A DNA stretch of 64,000 nucleotides from Candidatus Avispirillum sp. (GCA_045597805.1 JAZLKW010000062.1:30083-94082); one strand, 5' to 3'. Counted from the stretch's first letter, positions 11,299-22,754 are shown. A program made the numbers and translations. Notes: generated by a model from the sequence alone, not told the origin.

Positions 11299-12827
11299 TT
11301 CAAGCTCGCTTTTTCATATTCATCAAGTATATCTTCAAGTAATTCCGCAAATACCTGCGGATTGTATTCAGCGTCGTTGAAGCGTCGTAGGCCTCTTTTA
11401 CACAGATCGTCTGCAGATTTTTTGTTTTTCGCCGCGATGATCCTCAGCATCTCGTATTCCTCAGCACTCTCCCTTTGGTTTTCGAGCCGTATCGACATCC
11501 AGGGACCGTCGGTTCCGGGGTAAATAAGCTTATCGTCTCCCGGCGGGAGAATACTGACCGAATCAGCGTTCCTGTGTTCAGGACAGCTCGTCATGAAGGG
11601 ATCAGTATCATTCTGATAACTGTTGACCGTCCAGTGCAGATAGCCGTCCAGATCATACAGATAATTCCCCCAGTATATGTATCTCGTGGAAAGAAGAGGT
11701 ATATCCATGAATCTGTTGACGTATCCGCCTTCTCTGGGGAATAGGCATACGTACTGCCAGATTTCTCCGCCCTCGACACGCCGCTTTTCGAACACTTCCC
11801 TGTTATTCTCATACTCGTCACTTCTGGGGATCCAGATATCCAGAGCACCGTCGATGGGAGCGTTCGATATTGCGTCATATAACTTCAGCTCCGGTATTAT
11901 GCTTCGGACAGTCGCGGCAAGCTCCTTATATGCTTCAGCGTTCAGATCATTGGGCTCATCGGCAATACCAATTGAGAACATTTTCCCGGATAGCCAGCCC
12001 TTTTCCCTTAAGTGGTCTCTCAAGGATGAAAGCGTTTTCGTAAGGTATTCCTTCGCTTCTTCGCTTCTCGAGTCCATACCCTCAACAAGTATATCACCTG
12101 CTTGCCACGAGCGCCGGAATCCTACGCCTCCCAGGTGGAAAGAGGTAAATCCCATGGACAATGCTTTTTCGACGTACCTGTCAAATTCCGCATAGCCATC
12201 TCCGTGCAGGACGTGCCGTCTGCCGGACACGCAGGCATGAACGTACAGTCTGTTCTGATGCTGACGTCTCAGCATACTGAGATATTTAGTTTCAAGCTCC
12301 AAATACTCGTCTGCATTTTTCAGGCCATGGTATTTCCAGATATTCCACAGCCCTATATCCATTACGATCTGCAGAGTCTCCCGGGGAAGCTTTCCTTTTA
12401 CGATGATACTGTACGGTACGGACAGTTCGTCTTTGCCGTCTGCAAGCCTTACTGTACCCTCGACCTTATCAGCCGACACGGGGACGGGAATGGCAATATA
12501 TACCGCCGCTATCCCGTTCTCGGGCATTATCCTGCCGTCATAGTTTTTCAGGCAGTCGTAGACCCTGAACGGTGCAGTCCTCTCCGGAAAGTGCTCTGAA
12601 AGCGATTCAAAGCCCGGATTCGCCTCTACGGGAATCGCAACTTCCTCATACAGCTCCGCGCCCTCGCAGAAGACCTCGACACCGTCGCTCGAAACCTCCG
12701 AAAGAAATATCTGAAAAGCAGCGTATCCTCCGGCAAGCGCGGAAAAGGATGCCCCCTCCGACGCGGTCTTATATTCTGTTTTGTCCGGGTACAACCATTC
12801 AAAGTTGCGGCATACTATATATTTCAT
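11295..12827 (-). CDS. DUF4091-domain putative glycoside hydrolase
   Basis: [35 protein letters not shown] pattern; start set at MKYIV. Confidence 0.7.
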   Translation of the reverse strand: MKYIVCRNFEWLYPDKTEYKTASEGASFSALAGGYAAFQIFLSEVSSDGVEVFCEGAELYEEVAIPVEANPGFESLSEHFPERTAPFRVYDCLKNYDGRIMPENGIAAVYIAIPVPVSADKVEGTVRLADGKDELSVPYSIIVKGKLPRETLQIVMDIGLWNIWKYHGLKNADEYLELETKYLSMLRRQHQNRLYVHACVSGRRHVLHGDGYAEFDRYVEKALSMGFTSFHLGGVGFRRSWQAGDILVEGMDSRSEEAKEYLTKTLSSLRDHLREKGWLSGKMFSIGIADEPNDLNAEAYKELAATVRSIIPELKLYDAISNAPIDGALDIWIPRSDEYENNREVFEKRRVEGGEIWQYVCLFPREGGYVNRFMDIPLLSTRYIYWGNYLYDLDGYLHWTVNSYQNDTDPFMTSCPEHRNADSVSILPPGDDKLIYPGTDGPWMSIRLENQRESAEEYEMLRIIAAKNKKSADDLCKRGLRRFNDAEYNPQVFAELLEDILDEYEKASLN

Positions 12828-12828
12828 A

Positions 12829-13224
12829 TCACTCTCTGTATCTTTTCTTGATTTTATCAAGTATCTCTATATCGGCCGGACAAAACGGGTAAGCATCGAT
12901 CTCATCCGGCGTGATCCACTTTATATCATTATGTTCGAGAAGACGGGGCTCGCCGTTTTCTATTCTTGCAAGGTATACTGTCAGATGAACAGTTATGTCC
13001 GGATACTCATGCATCACATCGCAGAAAACGCCTTCTGCCGTGACCGTGACACCCAGTTCCTCCATGCATTCTCTTGCCAGCGCCTCTTCTCCGGTTTCGC
13101 CGGGCTCCAGCTTTCCGCCAACGAATTCCCACAAAAGCCCTCTCGCTTTGTTTTCCGGGCGCTGACATATTAAAAATCTGTCTTTGCGGAATATAAGCGC
13201 CGCCGCGACCTCAGTTATCTTCAT
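12829..13224 (-). CDS. NUDIX hydrolase, MutT-like
   Basis: WEFVGGKLEPGETGEEALARECMEELG Nudix box. Confidence 0.9.
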   Translation of the reverse strand: MKITEVAAALIFRKDRFLICQRPENKARGLLWEFVGGKLEPGETGEEALARECMEELGVTVTAEGVFCDVMHEYPDITVHLTVYLARIENGEPRLLEHNDIKWITPDEIDAYPFCPADIEILDKIKKRYRE

Positions 13225-16052
13225 ATTTTCTTTGTTGCGGTAAGAACATTTCTGCCGTCAAGTCTTTCATAGTCCACGGTATCCATAGTTTTCTTCACCA
13301 TAAAGATACCGAGTCCTCCGATGCTTCTGTCTTCAGCCGCCAGAGTAATGTCCGGGTCGCTCTTCGCGGTGGGATCGAAGGGGATACCTTCGTCGGCGAT
13401 TTTCATTGAAAAGATCCCGGTATCCTTATTATAGCCCAGTCCGAGGGTAAGGCTTCCCTCGGCTTCGGGATAGGCGTAGTGCGCCACGTTTACGAAAAGC
13501 TCCTCGAGAACGATGGAAAGCTGCATGGTTGTCTTTACGGAAGCACCGCAGGCGTCAAGCTTTTTCTCGAGAAAACCCATAGCATCGGCGAGCGCCGAAT
13601 CCTTTGCCGGGAATACCCTTTCCTCCATGTCACAGTCTCCCTCCGTATCCGTTCCGTTATAAGTAACCGTAAGCATCGTAATATCATCAAACTGCTCCGC
13701 ATCACCGACGAACCGATCAATGTCGTCCTTGACACGATCAAGACACTCCTCGGGAGTATCCCCCGTATTGGCACACAGCAGTTCCTGCAGTCTCTTTTCT
13801 CCGTACAGGGCATTATCTATATCCGTTGCCTCCGTAACCCCGTCGGTATACAGATATATTTTATCACCGGGGCAGAGATCCAATTCCTGCATTTTGTAGG
13901 TGATGCCGTCCATTCCGGCAAGCACGAATCCGGCACGGGATTTCAGATATTCGTAGCCCATGCCTTTCCTGTATATGAGCGGAGGATTATGCCCCGCGTT
14001 CGCATACGTAACGTGACCTGTTTTTAGGTCGATTATACCCATCCACGCTGTCACGAACATACCTGCATCATTACCTTCGCAGAGAGCGGCGTTCGCTCTT
14101 GTGAAGACCTCGTCAACGCCAAGTCCTGATTCCGCGAAGTTTTTCAGCATGGTCTTCGCCGTCATCATGAACATAGCAGCGGGTATACCCTTTCCGGACA
14201 CATCCGCTATAAGGATCGCCAGTCTGTCCTCACCTATCATGTAGAAATCGTAGAAATCTCCGCCCACCACTTTTGCGGTATCCATGGTGGCGTATATGTC
14301 AAATTCCTTCACGTTGGGATAAGCGGGGAAAACAGACGGAAGCGCCGAATGCTGGATACTCCTTGCAAACTCCAGCTCCTTGTCTATTCTGGTCGCTGCT
14401 TCATCGATATAATGCTTCAGCGTATTTACCGTACTGTTGATATCATCGGAAAGAGATGCAAACTCGTCGCTGGTATGAACGTCGACCGTAACGTCAAGAT
14501 TTCCGTCAATGATCTTTGACAGGCTGCGGTTAACCGTTCTTATGTTATCGACCACAAGCTTTTTTATGAGCATGTAAATAAAGAAAAACAGAACGGCGAA
14601 TACCAGGACCTCCATAAACGAGTTGATATATACCATGATATCGCGGGTATTATACACCTCGTCAGTCGGGATGACCCCGATGAGCGTATAGCCCTCGGAT
14701 CTTGTGAACATACAGTATGAATCCACCCGATTTACGGTCTGTCTGAAATAGTCGGAGGATTCCCTTCCATCAAGTTCTATTCCGGCATCCGCAACAGTTT
14801 TTCCTATAAGTTTTGAGGGACCGCTGACAATAGTATCATCCTCGTTTGAGATCAGCATGTAACCGTCGTTGCCGACGTGTCTGTTTTTCGTTTTACCCTT
14901 TATCTGTACTGTAAGTTCATCCTGGAACTTATCCGCGTCATAGCCTACCTGAACATATCCTTTTCCGGGGATGGAAATACCGGCATACTTCATGGAAACG
15001 TTCTTGTCGTACGCAGTGGGCAAATAGCTTTGCACCCATTCCTGTTCCGTCTTATTTAAGACAACGAACTCGGCGGACTGTCTGCCGGACATCATCTCGA
15101 AGCCGATATAATCGGGATTGGTGGACTTCGTGATGATATTGGAAATGTCAACGATATTGATCTCCGACACGTCGTACTTAACGCATAACGAATTCAGATC
15201 GATATCGGGAACAGTGTTTATCTCCGCCGTGATCTTGCGGCTAATCCTCAATAAGTTATCGTCTGATGCGGAATTGACTTCTGCACGCACGTCTGTCAGG
15301 TTCAGTACTAAAGTCTTTTTCATATCGGAAAGTGCCGTCTGCGTCTGAAGAGTGTACACGAACATGGTCGTAAGAATATACGCACACACCACGCATACGA
15401 GAAGCCATGCCTGCACCAGCTGTGAGATCTTTTTATACTGTTTTTCTCCTCTGTGCGTTGTGGCACTGCACAGAGACACGAAGATTATGGCGAGCATTAC
15501 TGAGACGGCGTTACCCAGTACCATGGGGAGCGTGCATATTTTCACTATCTCGAATGCTTTGGAAACGTCTGATATATGGGTCAGCACCAGTATGGTCAGG
15601 TGTATTATCTCCATGACCACTGCCGTAGCCGCCCCGAATCCCCAAGTGGGGCGCTTGCCGTCGAGCATGAAATGACGTAGAAATGCGGCGTACAGACCGG
15701 AGAGAATGGTCGATACCGTGCAGGCGATCTGCGTATACGCGCCGGCGCCCCAGTAGGCCGCGAACCAGCGTTCAACTCCGCCGATGACGCCGGCAATGAT
15801 TCCTGCGGGGCCTCCGAAGATAAGGCCCGCGCACAAGGGTGCCGCGTCTCTTGCATTTGCGGTGGCACCTCCCACGTCAACACCATATTCTGTGCTGAGC
15901 ACAGCGATACCGCCGAATATTATTCCGATGACCACCTGCTGTACGATATTCGGTAGTTTACCGAAAAAGGTATACTTTTTCAGATAGTAAAAAGCTACGG
16001 AAAAGATGACCGGTACCATCGCCAGCATCAGAAGGTGAGTATATACAGCCAT
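13221..16052 (-). CDS. membrane sensor: LytS-like TM domain, HAMP, SpoIIE/PP2C phosphatase, C-terminal RsbW-like HATPase domain
   Basis: N-terminal ANARD..GLIFGG..GIIAG; VGGDFYDF, DVSGKG, NAGHNPP, YTDGVTEA, DDIT; EELFVNVAHYAY, GGLGIFMV. Confidence 0.88.
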   Translation of the reverse strand: MAVYTHLLMLAMVPVIFSVAFYYLKKYTFFGKLPNIVQQVVIGIIFGGIAVLSTEYGVDVGGATANARDAAPLCAGLIFGGPAGIIAGVIGGVERWFAAYWGAGAYTQIACTVSTILSGLYAAFLRHFMLDGKRPTWGFGAATAVVMEIIHLTILVLTHISDVSKAFEIVKICTLPMVLGNAVSVMLAIIFVSLCSATTHRGEKQYKKISQLVQAWLLVCVVCAYILTTMFVYTLQTQTALSDMKKTLVLNLTDVRAEVNSASDDNLLRISRKITAEINTVPDIDLNSLCVKYDVSEINIVDISNIITKSTNPDYIGFEMMSGRQSAEFVVLNKTEQEWVQSYLPTAYDKNVSMKYAGISIPGKGYVQVGYDADKFQDELTVQIKGKTKNRHVGNDGYMLISNEDDTIVSGPSKLIGKTVADAGIELDGRESSDYFRQTVNRVDSYCMFTRSEGYTLIGVIPTDEVYNTRDIMVYINSFMEVLVFAVLFFFIYMLIKKLVVDNIRTVNRSLSKIIDGNLDVTVDVHTSDEFASLSDDINSTVNTLKHYIDEAATRIDKELEFARSIQHSALPSVFPAYPNVKEFDIYATMDTAKVVGGDFYDFYMIGEDRLAILIADVSGKGIPAAMFMMTAKTMLKNFAESGLGVDEVFTRANAALCEGNDAGMFVTAWMGIIDLKTGHVTYANAGHNPPLIYRKGMGYEYLKSRAGFVLAGMDGITYKMQELDLCPGDKIYLYTDGVTEATDIDNALYGEKRLQELLCANTGDTPEECLDRVKDDIDRFVGDAEQFDDITMLTVTYNGTDTEGDCDMEERVFPAKDSALADAMGFLEKKLDACGASVKTTMQLSIVLEELFVNVAHYAYPEAEGSLTLGLGYNKDTGIFSMKIADEGIPFDPTAKSDPDITLAAEDRSIGGLGIFMVKKTMDTVDYERLDGRNVLTATKKI

Positions 16053-16230
16053 ATATGCTCCTCTGTACGTTTAAATTCTCTCTTCATTTTACTACTTTCG
16101 TTTCCTAAAATCAACAATAAATCGGAATTTGGGAAATACTTACCCCGATTCTATCGGAAATGACGGTTTATTCTTTACAAGCGGGCAGCTTTGTGGTAGT
16201 ATGATATCAGGAAAGCGAGGTATTATCATC

Positions 16231-16992
16231 ATGAGTAAATGGGAAAACAAAAATGTTCTCGTCATGGGCGACAGCATCACCTCCGACGGACGATGGCAAA
16301 AGGAATTTGCACGCCTGACAGGTGCAAACATAAAGACACACGCTTACGGCGGCATCGGACTTATCGACATGATAGACGGTCTGGGCGCATACGATGCCAT
16401 CATCGGCGGAGATATGCAGTACGATCCCTTTACGGGATGCACCGGTCCCTTCAAGCCCCTGTCCTACGAAGAGGTAAAATGGGCGGATCTTATCATAATC
16501 CTCGGCGCTTACAACGAGCGTCATATGGAATACGGTGAGCGCGGCGACATGTTCCCTCATCAGAATACACTTCGCGGCAAATATGCGTACGTTATCGAGC
16601 ATCTCTTTGCCATGCTCGACAAGGTGGACAACCTCGACTGCCGCGTCATGATAGCAGCTCCCCACTGCCCCGGAAAATATGACTGGATAGATTCTGACGG
16701 CTATGAGGATTTTCCAAAAGGCTCAGGCAGAAGTCTTGAGACCATGGCAAATCTCATAAAGGCCATCGCAGGAGAATACAATCTTCCCTGCTGTGATCTG
16801 TGGCACACCAGCGGGATCGGCAAGTTCACGTGGAAGATATATGCTAATTCTCCCGTTGCGATAAATCCGGATTACGATCCCTCAAAGGAATACTTCGCGC
16901 CCTATCCTCAGTATGCGGACCAGGCACACATGAACGATAAGGGCTATGCCCGTCTCGGCTCATGTATCGCCGCATTTGCGGAAACGATATGA
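16231..16992 (+). CDS. SGNH/GDSL hydrolase
   Basis: VMGDSIT block I, GAYNE block III, DQAHMN block V. Confidence 0.8.
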   Translation: MSKWENKNVLVMGDSITSDGRWQKEFARLTGANIKTHAYGGIGLIDMIDGLGAYDAIIGGDMQYDPFTGCTGPFKPLSYEEVKWADLIIILGAYNERHMEYGERGDMFPHQNTLRGKYAYVIEHLFAMLDKVDNLDCRVMIAAPHCPGKYDWIDSDGYEDFPKGSGRSLETMANLIKAIAGEYNLPCCDLWHTSGIGKFTWKIYANSPVAINPDYDPSKEYFAPYPQYADQAHMNDKGYARLGSCIAAFAETI

Positions 16993-17048
16993 AGAGGTCT
17001 GCTGAGCTGGAGCTGGACGTCTCCCGCCAGCCGCTGGCCACAGCACTG

Positions 17049-17075
17049 AAAAAGCACCCCAACGGGGTGCTTTTT
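17049..17075. terminator. bidirectional terminator between convergent genes
   Basis: AAAAAGCACCCC-AAC-GGGGTGCTTTTT. Confidence 0.85.
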
Positions 17076-17077
17076 TC

Positions 17078-18037
17078 TTATCTGTCTTCCCTGAAATAAG
17101 GAAGTCCGAGAGATGCCGGAGGCTGATTGTCTTTCAGCTTCAGCATGCTTACCACGATAAGCACTATGACCGTAATAAGGAACGGTACGAGTGCGAACAG
17201 CTTCTGCTGCGCCAGAGACAGAGTGGTGAGCTGTGCGTCCAGTATGGAAAGTCCGCCGAAGATAAACGAACCGACTATCGCAAACAGAGGCTTCCACACG
17301 GAGGCGATGACAAGTGCGACTGCAAGCCAGCCGAAGGAATCGATAGCCGCTTCCGCAAACTGTGTGCCGGAGCTTCTGTCCATTACGTAGTAAAGTCCGC
17401 CGAGACCGGCAATTGCAGAGCCCAGGGTTATGAACAGATACTTATACTTTTTAACGTTGATGCCATCAGCGTCCGCCGTTGCGGGGCTCTCGCCCACGGC
17501 ACGGAGGTACAGTCCGAATCTCGATTTGTTGAGGAAAAGACCCGTGCAGATCGCAAGGAAGATTGAAAGGTACACCAGAACTCCATGGCTGAGGAATATC
17601 TGTGCAAAGGGATTGGTATTGTCGGCCATCCCGAACAGGTCCTTAAAGCAATAGCTTACCGTCACGTACAGCTTCTGGTCGTATATTCTCTTGGAGAAGA
17701 ACTTCATGAAGCCAATGCCGAAGGTGGTCATGGTAAGGCCTGTAACGTTCTGGTTGGCGTTGAGGGAGACCGTAAGGAACGAATACAACAGCCCAGCAAG
17801 GCCAGCGAACACCATGGTAAGAAGTATGGACAGAATAATGAGGACCACCGCGCTGACATTTTCGTTGCCGCCGGCGTACAGCGTGACCGCAAGACCGCCG
17901 CCCGTAGCACCGATACACATGATACCGGGGATTCCAAGGTTCAGGTTGCCTGCTTTTTCAGTAAGGATCTCACCGATACATCCGAAAAGGAAGATCGTTC
18001 CCATGCGGATAGCATTTACAAGAATAGTTGTTATCAT
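17078..18037 (-). CDS. nucleoside/sugar ABC transporter permease
   Basis: GEILTEKAGNLNLGIPG, LRAVGESP..AD..GINV, PPASLGLPY. Confidence 0.9.
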   Translation of the reverse strand: MITTILVNAIRMGTIFLFGCIGEILTEKAGNLNLGIPGIMCIGATGGGLAVTLYAGGNENVSAVVLIILSILLTMVFAGLAGLLYSFLTVSLNANQNVTGLTMTTFGIGFMKFFSKRIYDQKLYVTVSYCFKDLFGMADNTNPFAQIFLSHGVLVYLSIFLAICTGLFLNKSRFGLYLRAVGESPATADADGINVKKYKYLFITLGSAIAGLGGLYYVMDRSSGTQFAEAAIDSFGWLAVALVIASVWKPLFAIVGSFIFGGLSILDAQLTTLSLAQQKLFALVPFLITVIVLIVVSMLKLKDNQPPASLGLPYFREDR

Positions 18038-18051
18038 CAGAAACGCTCCTT

Positions 18052-19155
18052 TCAGTTTTCGGTTTTTTTGCTTTTATTGAACTGTATACGGTAACGTATG
18101 AAGAACTCACAGCCGATGACGCAGAAGAAGATGATGCCGACGACTATATTCGCGTAGTCGTTGCTGTTGAGCTGGAACACCACTGACACGTTCTCTGCAC
18201 CGGAGTTGAGAAACACCACAAAGAACGAGGTAAAGAGCATCACAAGAGGATCGAATCCCGCAAGCCATGCAACCAGGATCGCCGTGAATCCGAGGCCGCC
18301 CACTGCAGTGTTGACGGTATGAGAAATGCTTCCGGCATAAAGTGCACCGAGGATACCGCAAATGATACCGCTGAACATCAGAGTACGCACAATGACTTTC
18401 TTTACGTTGATACCGACGTATTTGGCGGTATTGATGCTCTCGCCCACAAGCGCGCACTCGAAACCGTGCTTCGTAAAGCGCATATAGATGAACATTATCA
18501 GCGTAAGCACTACTGCAACGATTATGGACAGCACGTATTTATTGCCCAGATCCGGGAACCACGCTTTTCTCGAAATAAGATTTACCAGTCCGATATTGCC
18601 GGAGCCGCTCTTGTCCCAGTTGAACACGAAGCAATCTACCACGGCGATAGCAATATAGTTCATCATAAGTGTGAACAGCGTTTCATTTGCGTTGAAATAC
18701 GCTTTGAACAACGCGGGGATCACCGCCCAGATGACTGATGCAATAAGGCTCGACAGAATCATGAGGGCTATGATGGCTGCATCGGGCATATCGGGAAAGC
18801 TGAGCGGCAGGAACTTCATGCAGGCAACAGCCGCAAGGCATCCTACCAGCACCTGTCCGTTGGCGCCCATGTTCCAGTATTTCATTTTGAACGGAGGGAT
18901 AACGGCAAGTCCGAAGATAAGTAGCAGAGCTATATTCTGCATCAGTGTCCATATGTCGATGAAAGCACCGGTGAACAATGCCTCATATATCTCGATAGGG
19001 TTTTTCTTGATAAGTATAACGCTGAGGACACCGACGATAAGAAGCGCTATAATTACGGCAGCCACTCTTATCAGGAGCGATTTGCCCATAGGCATCGCGT
19101 CGTTTTTGGAAACGTGGAAAAGGGGCTCATGAGTTTTCTGCTTCGTTTTCATCAT
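18052..19155 (-). CDS. nucleoside/sugar ABC transporter permease
   Basis: WNMGANGQ, NETLFTLMMNYIA, GFTAILVAWL. Confidence 0.9.
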   Translation of the reverse strand: MMKTKQKTHEPLFHVSKNDAMPMGKSLLIRVAAVIIALLIVGVLSVILIKKNPIEIYEALFTGAFIDIWTLMQNIALLLIFGLAVIPPFKMKYWNMGANGQVLVGCLAAVACMKFLPLSFPDMPDAAIIALMILSSLIASVIWAVIPALFKAYFNANETLFTLMMNYIAIAVVDCFVFNWDKSGSGNIGLVNLISRKAWFPDLGNKYVLSIIVAVVLTLIMFIYMRFTKHGFECALVGESINTAKYVGINVKKVIVRTLMFSGIICGILGALYAGSISHTVNTAVGGLGFTAILVAWLAGFDPLVMLFTSFFVVFLNSGAENVSVVFQLNSNDYANIVVGIIFFCVIGCEFFIRYRIQFNKSKKTEN

Positions 19156-20756
19156 TCGTCCTCCTTTTCTGCTTCTGCAGCAAGATCAACTTCATTCCAC
19201 TGTTCTTCCGTCAGGTTGGAGTCCTTTGCCTTACCGTACTCCTTTTCCTGCTTCAGGTCCAGGGAGCCTGTCATCATAAGGCCAAGTTCTTCTTTGGTAG
19301 TCTTGCTGGCATGTACGACACCCATGACCTCGCCGTGGCATAGCACGAGGATCTTATCGCAGAGCGCCAGCATGACGTCCAGATCCTCGCCGACAAAGAG
19401 AATACCGACACCTTTCTTTTTCTGCTCGTTGAGAATGTCGTATATGGTGTACGAGGAGTTGATGTCAAGGCCTCGCACGGGATATGCGGTAACTATCACG
19501 TTGGGTCCGGACTCTATCTCACGGCCGACCAGTATCTTCTGTACGTTACCGCCCGAGAGACGGCGAACGGGAGTTTCAGTAGAAGGAGTAACGATACCCA
19601 GCTTTTCGATAAGAGCCTGCGCTCTCTGGCGTGCGTTCTTTCTGTTCACAAAAGGAGTTACGCCGTCGTTATATGTTTTGAGCATCATATTGTCCGTCAT
19701 AGAGAAGGACGGAGCAAGTCCCATGCCAAGACGGTCCTCGGGAATGAAGCTCATGGATATTCCCTTTTTGATTATCTCTCTTGCCGGGAGACCAATAATG
19801 GATTCTCCCTTGTGCATGATGTGTCCGATTTCGGGCGTTCTCAGTCCGGCAATAGCTTCACAGAGCTCCTTCTGTCCGCATCCTGCGATACCTGCGACGC
19901 CCAGTATCTCGCCGCCTCTGATATAAAAGCTGACGTTGTTGATAGCGACGTTTCCGGCATCGGACTTAACGGTCAGATCACGGATCTCGAGCAGGGGCTT
20001 TTTCTTTTCTATCTCCACGCGCTCGATCTTCAGGTCCACCTTCTTGCCGACCATCATTTCCGTGAGCTCTTTTTCATCGGTCTCGGCGGTCAGCACGGTA
20101 CCGATGTACTCACCTTTACGGAGAATGGTGACTCTGTCGGATATTTCAAGCACCTCGTTGAGCTTGTGAGTGATTATAATGACAGATTTGCCATCGTCTC
20201 TCATTCTGCGGAGCACGGCGAAGAGCTTTTCTATTTCCTGAGGTGTAAGGACTGCGGTGGGCTCGTCCAGAATGAGGATGTCAGCGCCGCGGTAAAGAGC
20301 CTTGATGATCTCAACAGTCTGCTTTTCGGAAACAGACATTTCGTGGATCTTTTTCTGAGGGTCTATATCAAAACCGTATTTTGCCGCAATTTCGGAAACA
20401 CGGGTATTCACGTTTTTCAGATTATATCTTTCGCCGTTTCCGAGAATGATGTTCTCGGCGGCGGTAAAGGTCTCCACCAGCTTAAAGTGCTGGTGGATCA
20501 TCCCGATCCTATATTTGTATGCGTCCGCAGGGGATGCAATTACTGCGGGTTCTCCGTTTACCAGTATTTCTCCTTCATCGGGGAAATAAATACCGGAGAT
20601 CATATTCATCAGTGTGGTTTTTCCGGAACCGTTTTCTCCCAGCAGAGACAGTATCTCGTTTTTGTATACAGTAAGGTTGACGTTTTTGTTCGCCACGACC
20701 TTCGTACCGAAACGCTTTGTGATATTACGGAGTTCGAGAGCTATTTCCTTTTCCAT
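19152..20756 (-). CDS. ABC transporter ATP-binding protein (tandem NBDs, CUT2 type)
   Basis: GENGSGKT, LILDEPTAVLT, FIPEDR, LSGGNVQK. Confidence 0.93.
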   Translation of the reverse strand: MEKEIALELRNITKRFGTKVVANKNVNLTVYKNEILSLLGENGSGKTTLMNMISGIYFPDEGEILVNGEPAVIASPADAYKYRIGMIHQHFKLVETFTAAENIILGNGERYNLKNVNTRVSEIAAKYGFDIDPQKKIHEMSVSEKQTVEIIKALYRGADILILDEPTAVLTPQEIEKLFAVLRRMRDDGKSVIIITHKLNEVLEISDRVTILRKGEYIGTVLTAETDEKELTEMMVGKKVDLKIERVEIEKKKPLLEIRDLTVKSDAGNVAINNVSFYIRGGEILGVAGIAGCGQKELCEAIAGLRTPEIGHIMHKGESIIGLPAREIIKKGISMSFIPEDRLGMGLAPSFSMTDNMMLKTYNDGVTPFVNRKNARQRAQALIEKLGIVTPSTETPVRRLSGGNVQKILVGREIESGPNVIVTAYPVRGLDINSSYTIYDILNEQKKKGVGILFVGEDLDVMLALCDKILVLCHGEVMGVVHASKTTKEELGLMMTGSLDLKQEKEYGKAKDSNLTEEQWNEVDLAAEAEKEDE

Positions 20757-20846
20757 CTTGACTCCTCAAATAAGTTTTTATTATTTTTGAAAAAGAGAAG
20801 ATAGCAAAGCGGGCAGCCCCGCTTTGCTATCAGTTCGGTTGGGTAA

Positions 20847-22103
20847 TCAGCCGTAGTTACGGTCAAGAAGTACGATACCGTCGATCTCTACATCAAAGTA
20901 AGGAGCGGAACGGAACTCGGACTCGTGGAAGTAACCGTCGGAAACGACTTCGGTATCCTTTTCGAATTTCTCGTCAGAATCAACGTCTGCCATGTAGGAT
21001 TCAAGCTTCTTGCCGTTTTCAACAGTGAATTTTTCGGTATCGAATACGTGGAGGGTGCCTGCCTTGAACTGAGCGATTGCTTCGTCAATAGCTTCCTGTG
21101 TGCCCTCAGCTGCAACAGTCTCATTAACCTCAAGAAGCTTAACGGAGCCGGTTGCGATCGTACCTGTATAATCCTTATCGATGACCTTGCCCTCGAGAGT
21201 GCAATTGATCATATATTCGAAATAAGGAGCCCAGTCGATCTTAGAGGATACGATATAGGTGTTGGGGCCAGTCTCAGCAGTAGAACCGTTGTAAGAAACA
21301 TTGGGAACTCCTGCAGCCTCGCAAGCCTCGGGTGCGCCGTAAGAGTCAGCGTGCTGAGAGATCAGAACACAGCCTTCGCTGATAAGAGCCTCTGCAGCTG
21401 CCTTTTCCTTGTCATAGTCATACCAAGAGCCTGTGAACTTTACCTTCATGGTAACAGTAGGACATACGGACTTAGCACCAAGGTAGAAGGATGTATAGCC
21501 GGACATAACCTCAGCGTATGTGTAAGCGCCGACGTAACCCATAACAGCCTGATCTGCTGTGATCTTGCCCGCAGCGATCATCTCATTCAGCTTCATGCCG
21601 GCAGCGATACCAGCAGCATATCTGCCCTCGTAGATGGATGCGAATGCGTTGGAGAAGTTATCAAGCTTTACGCTGTGCGCTTTTGTTCCCGTTCCGTGGG
21701 AGAAATGAACTTCGGGGTATTCCGTTGCTGCCTGGATGATATAATCCTCGTGACCGAACGAATCTGCGAATACTACATTACATCCCTGATTCACACAGTC
21801 CTTAGCTTTGTTGTAGCAGTCTTCTGTTTCTGCAACACCGGTGTAAAGAACGAGCTGGCTCTTATCAAGACCAAGGTTCTCGATTGCACGGTACATTGCA
21901 TCAATGAAGTTTGCATCGTATGTGGAAGAGTCATCGTGGAGTGTGATCAGACCAATCTTGAGGTCAGCCTTTTCAACAGTCTTAAAAGGTGTTTCTGCAG
22001 CAGGATCTTTTTCTCCGCCTTCGGAATTACCGCAGGAAACAAATGCAAATACGGAAAGCATCATGGCAAGCGCGAGAAGAACTGAAAGAATTCTTCTGTT
22101 CAT
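20847..22103 (-). CDS. BMP family lipoprotein (nucleoside-binding)
   Basis: Lipobox FVSCG, IYEGRYAAG..AG, FTGSWYD, ISQHAD. Confidence 0.9.
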   Translation of the reverse strand: MNRRILSVLLALAMMLSVFAFVSCGNSEGGEKDPAAETPFKTVEKADLKIGLITLHDDSSTYDANFIDAMYRAIENLGLDKSQLVLYTGVAETEDCYNKAKDCVNQGCNVVFADSFGHEDYIIQAATEYPEVHFSHGTGTKAHSVKLDNFSNAFASIYEGRYAAGIAAGMKLNEMIAAGKITADQAVMGYVGAYTYAEVMSGYTSFYLGAKSVCPTVTMKVKFTGSWYDYDKEKAAAEALISEGCVLISQHADSYGAPEACEAAGVPNVSYNGSTAETGPNTYIVSSKIDWAPYFEYMINCTLEGKVIDKDYTGTIATGSVKLLEVNETVAAEGTQEAIDEAIAQFKAGTLHVFDTEKFTVENGKKLESYMADVDSDEKFEKDTEVVSDGYFHESEFRSAPYFDVEIDGIVLLDRNYG

Positions 22104-22181
22104 AGGATTATACCTCCGAAAAAATGAAAATTTATTCTCACAGGGAGATTTCCCCGCAAAAACCGAAAAAGAAAAGAAGCG

Positions 22182-22754
22182 TCAGCAGAATTCCACACCG
22201 TTTTCCACGCTCATACCGCTGATGCGTGCAAGAGACTCCACTCTCAGGCCGAGATTTTCAAGCATTTCTCTGCCCTTCTGATATGTTTTCTCTACAACGA
22301 TTCCGACTCCGACTACCTCGCACCCTGCCGCCTTACATAAATCAGTAAGAGCCACAACCGCATTTCCGGTTGCAAGGAAATCGTCAATGATAAGGACCCG
22401 GTCCTCTTCATTCAGGAATTCTTTTGACACTACTACGCCGTATTCCTTCTTATGGGTATATGAATACACCTTTGACGAATACACATTAGAATCTATATTA
22501 TCCGTTCTTCCTTTTTTGGCGAACAGCACCGGCACATTGAAATACTGCGCTGCAAGGCAGGCTATGCCGATCCCGGATGCTTCTATGGTAATAATCTTTG
22601 TGACTTTATCATTATGGAAAAGTCTTTCGAACTCTTTTCCCAGCTCACAAAGGAAACTGACATCCATCTGGTGATTAAGAAAGCTGCTCACGCTGAGGAC
22701 ATCACCTTCGCGGACAATACCGTCTTTACGAATGCGATCTTCAAGAAGCTTCAT
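22182..22754 (-). CDS. xpt: xanthine phosphoribosyltransferase
   Basis: MKLLEDRI, SFLNHQMD, TIEASGI, VLIIDDFLATG. Confidence 0.95.
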   Translation of the reverse strand: MKLLEDRIRKDGIVREGDVLSVSSFLNHQMDVSFLCELGKEFERLFHNDKVTKIITIEASGIGIACLAAQYFNVPVLFAKKGRTDNIDSNVYSSKVYSYTHKKEYGVVVSKEFLNEEDRVLIIDDFLATGNAVVALTDLCKAAGCEVVGVGIVVEKTYQKGREMLENLGLRVESLARISGMSVENGVEFC

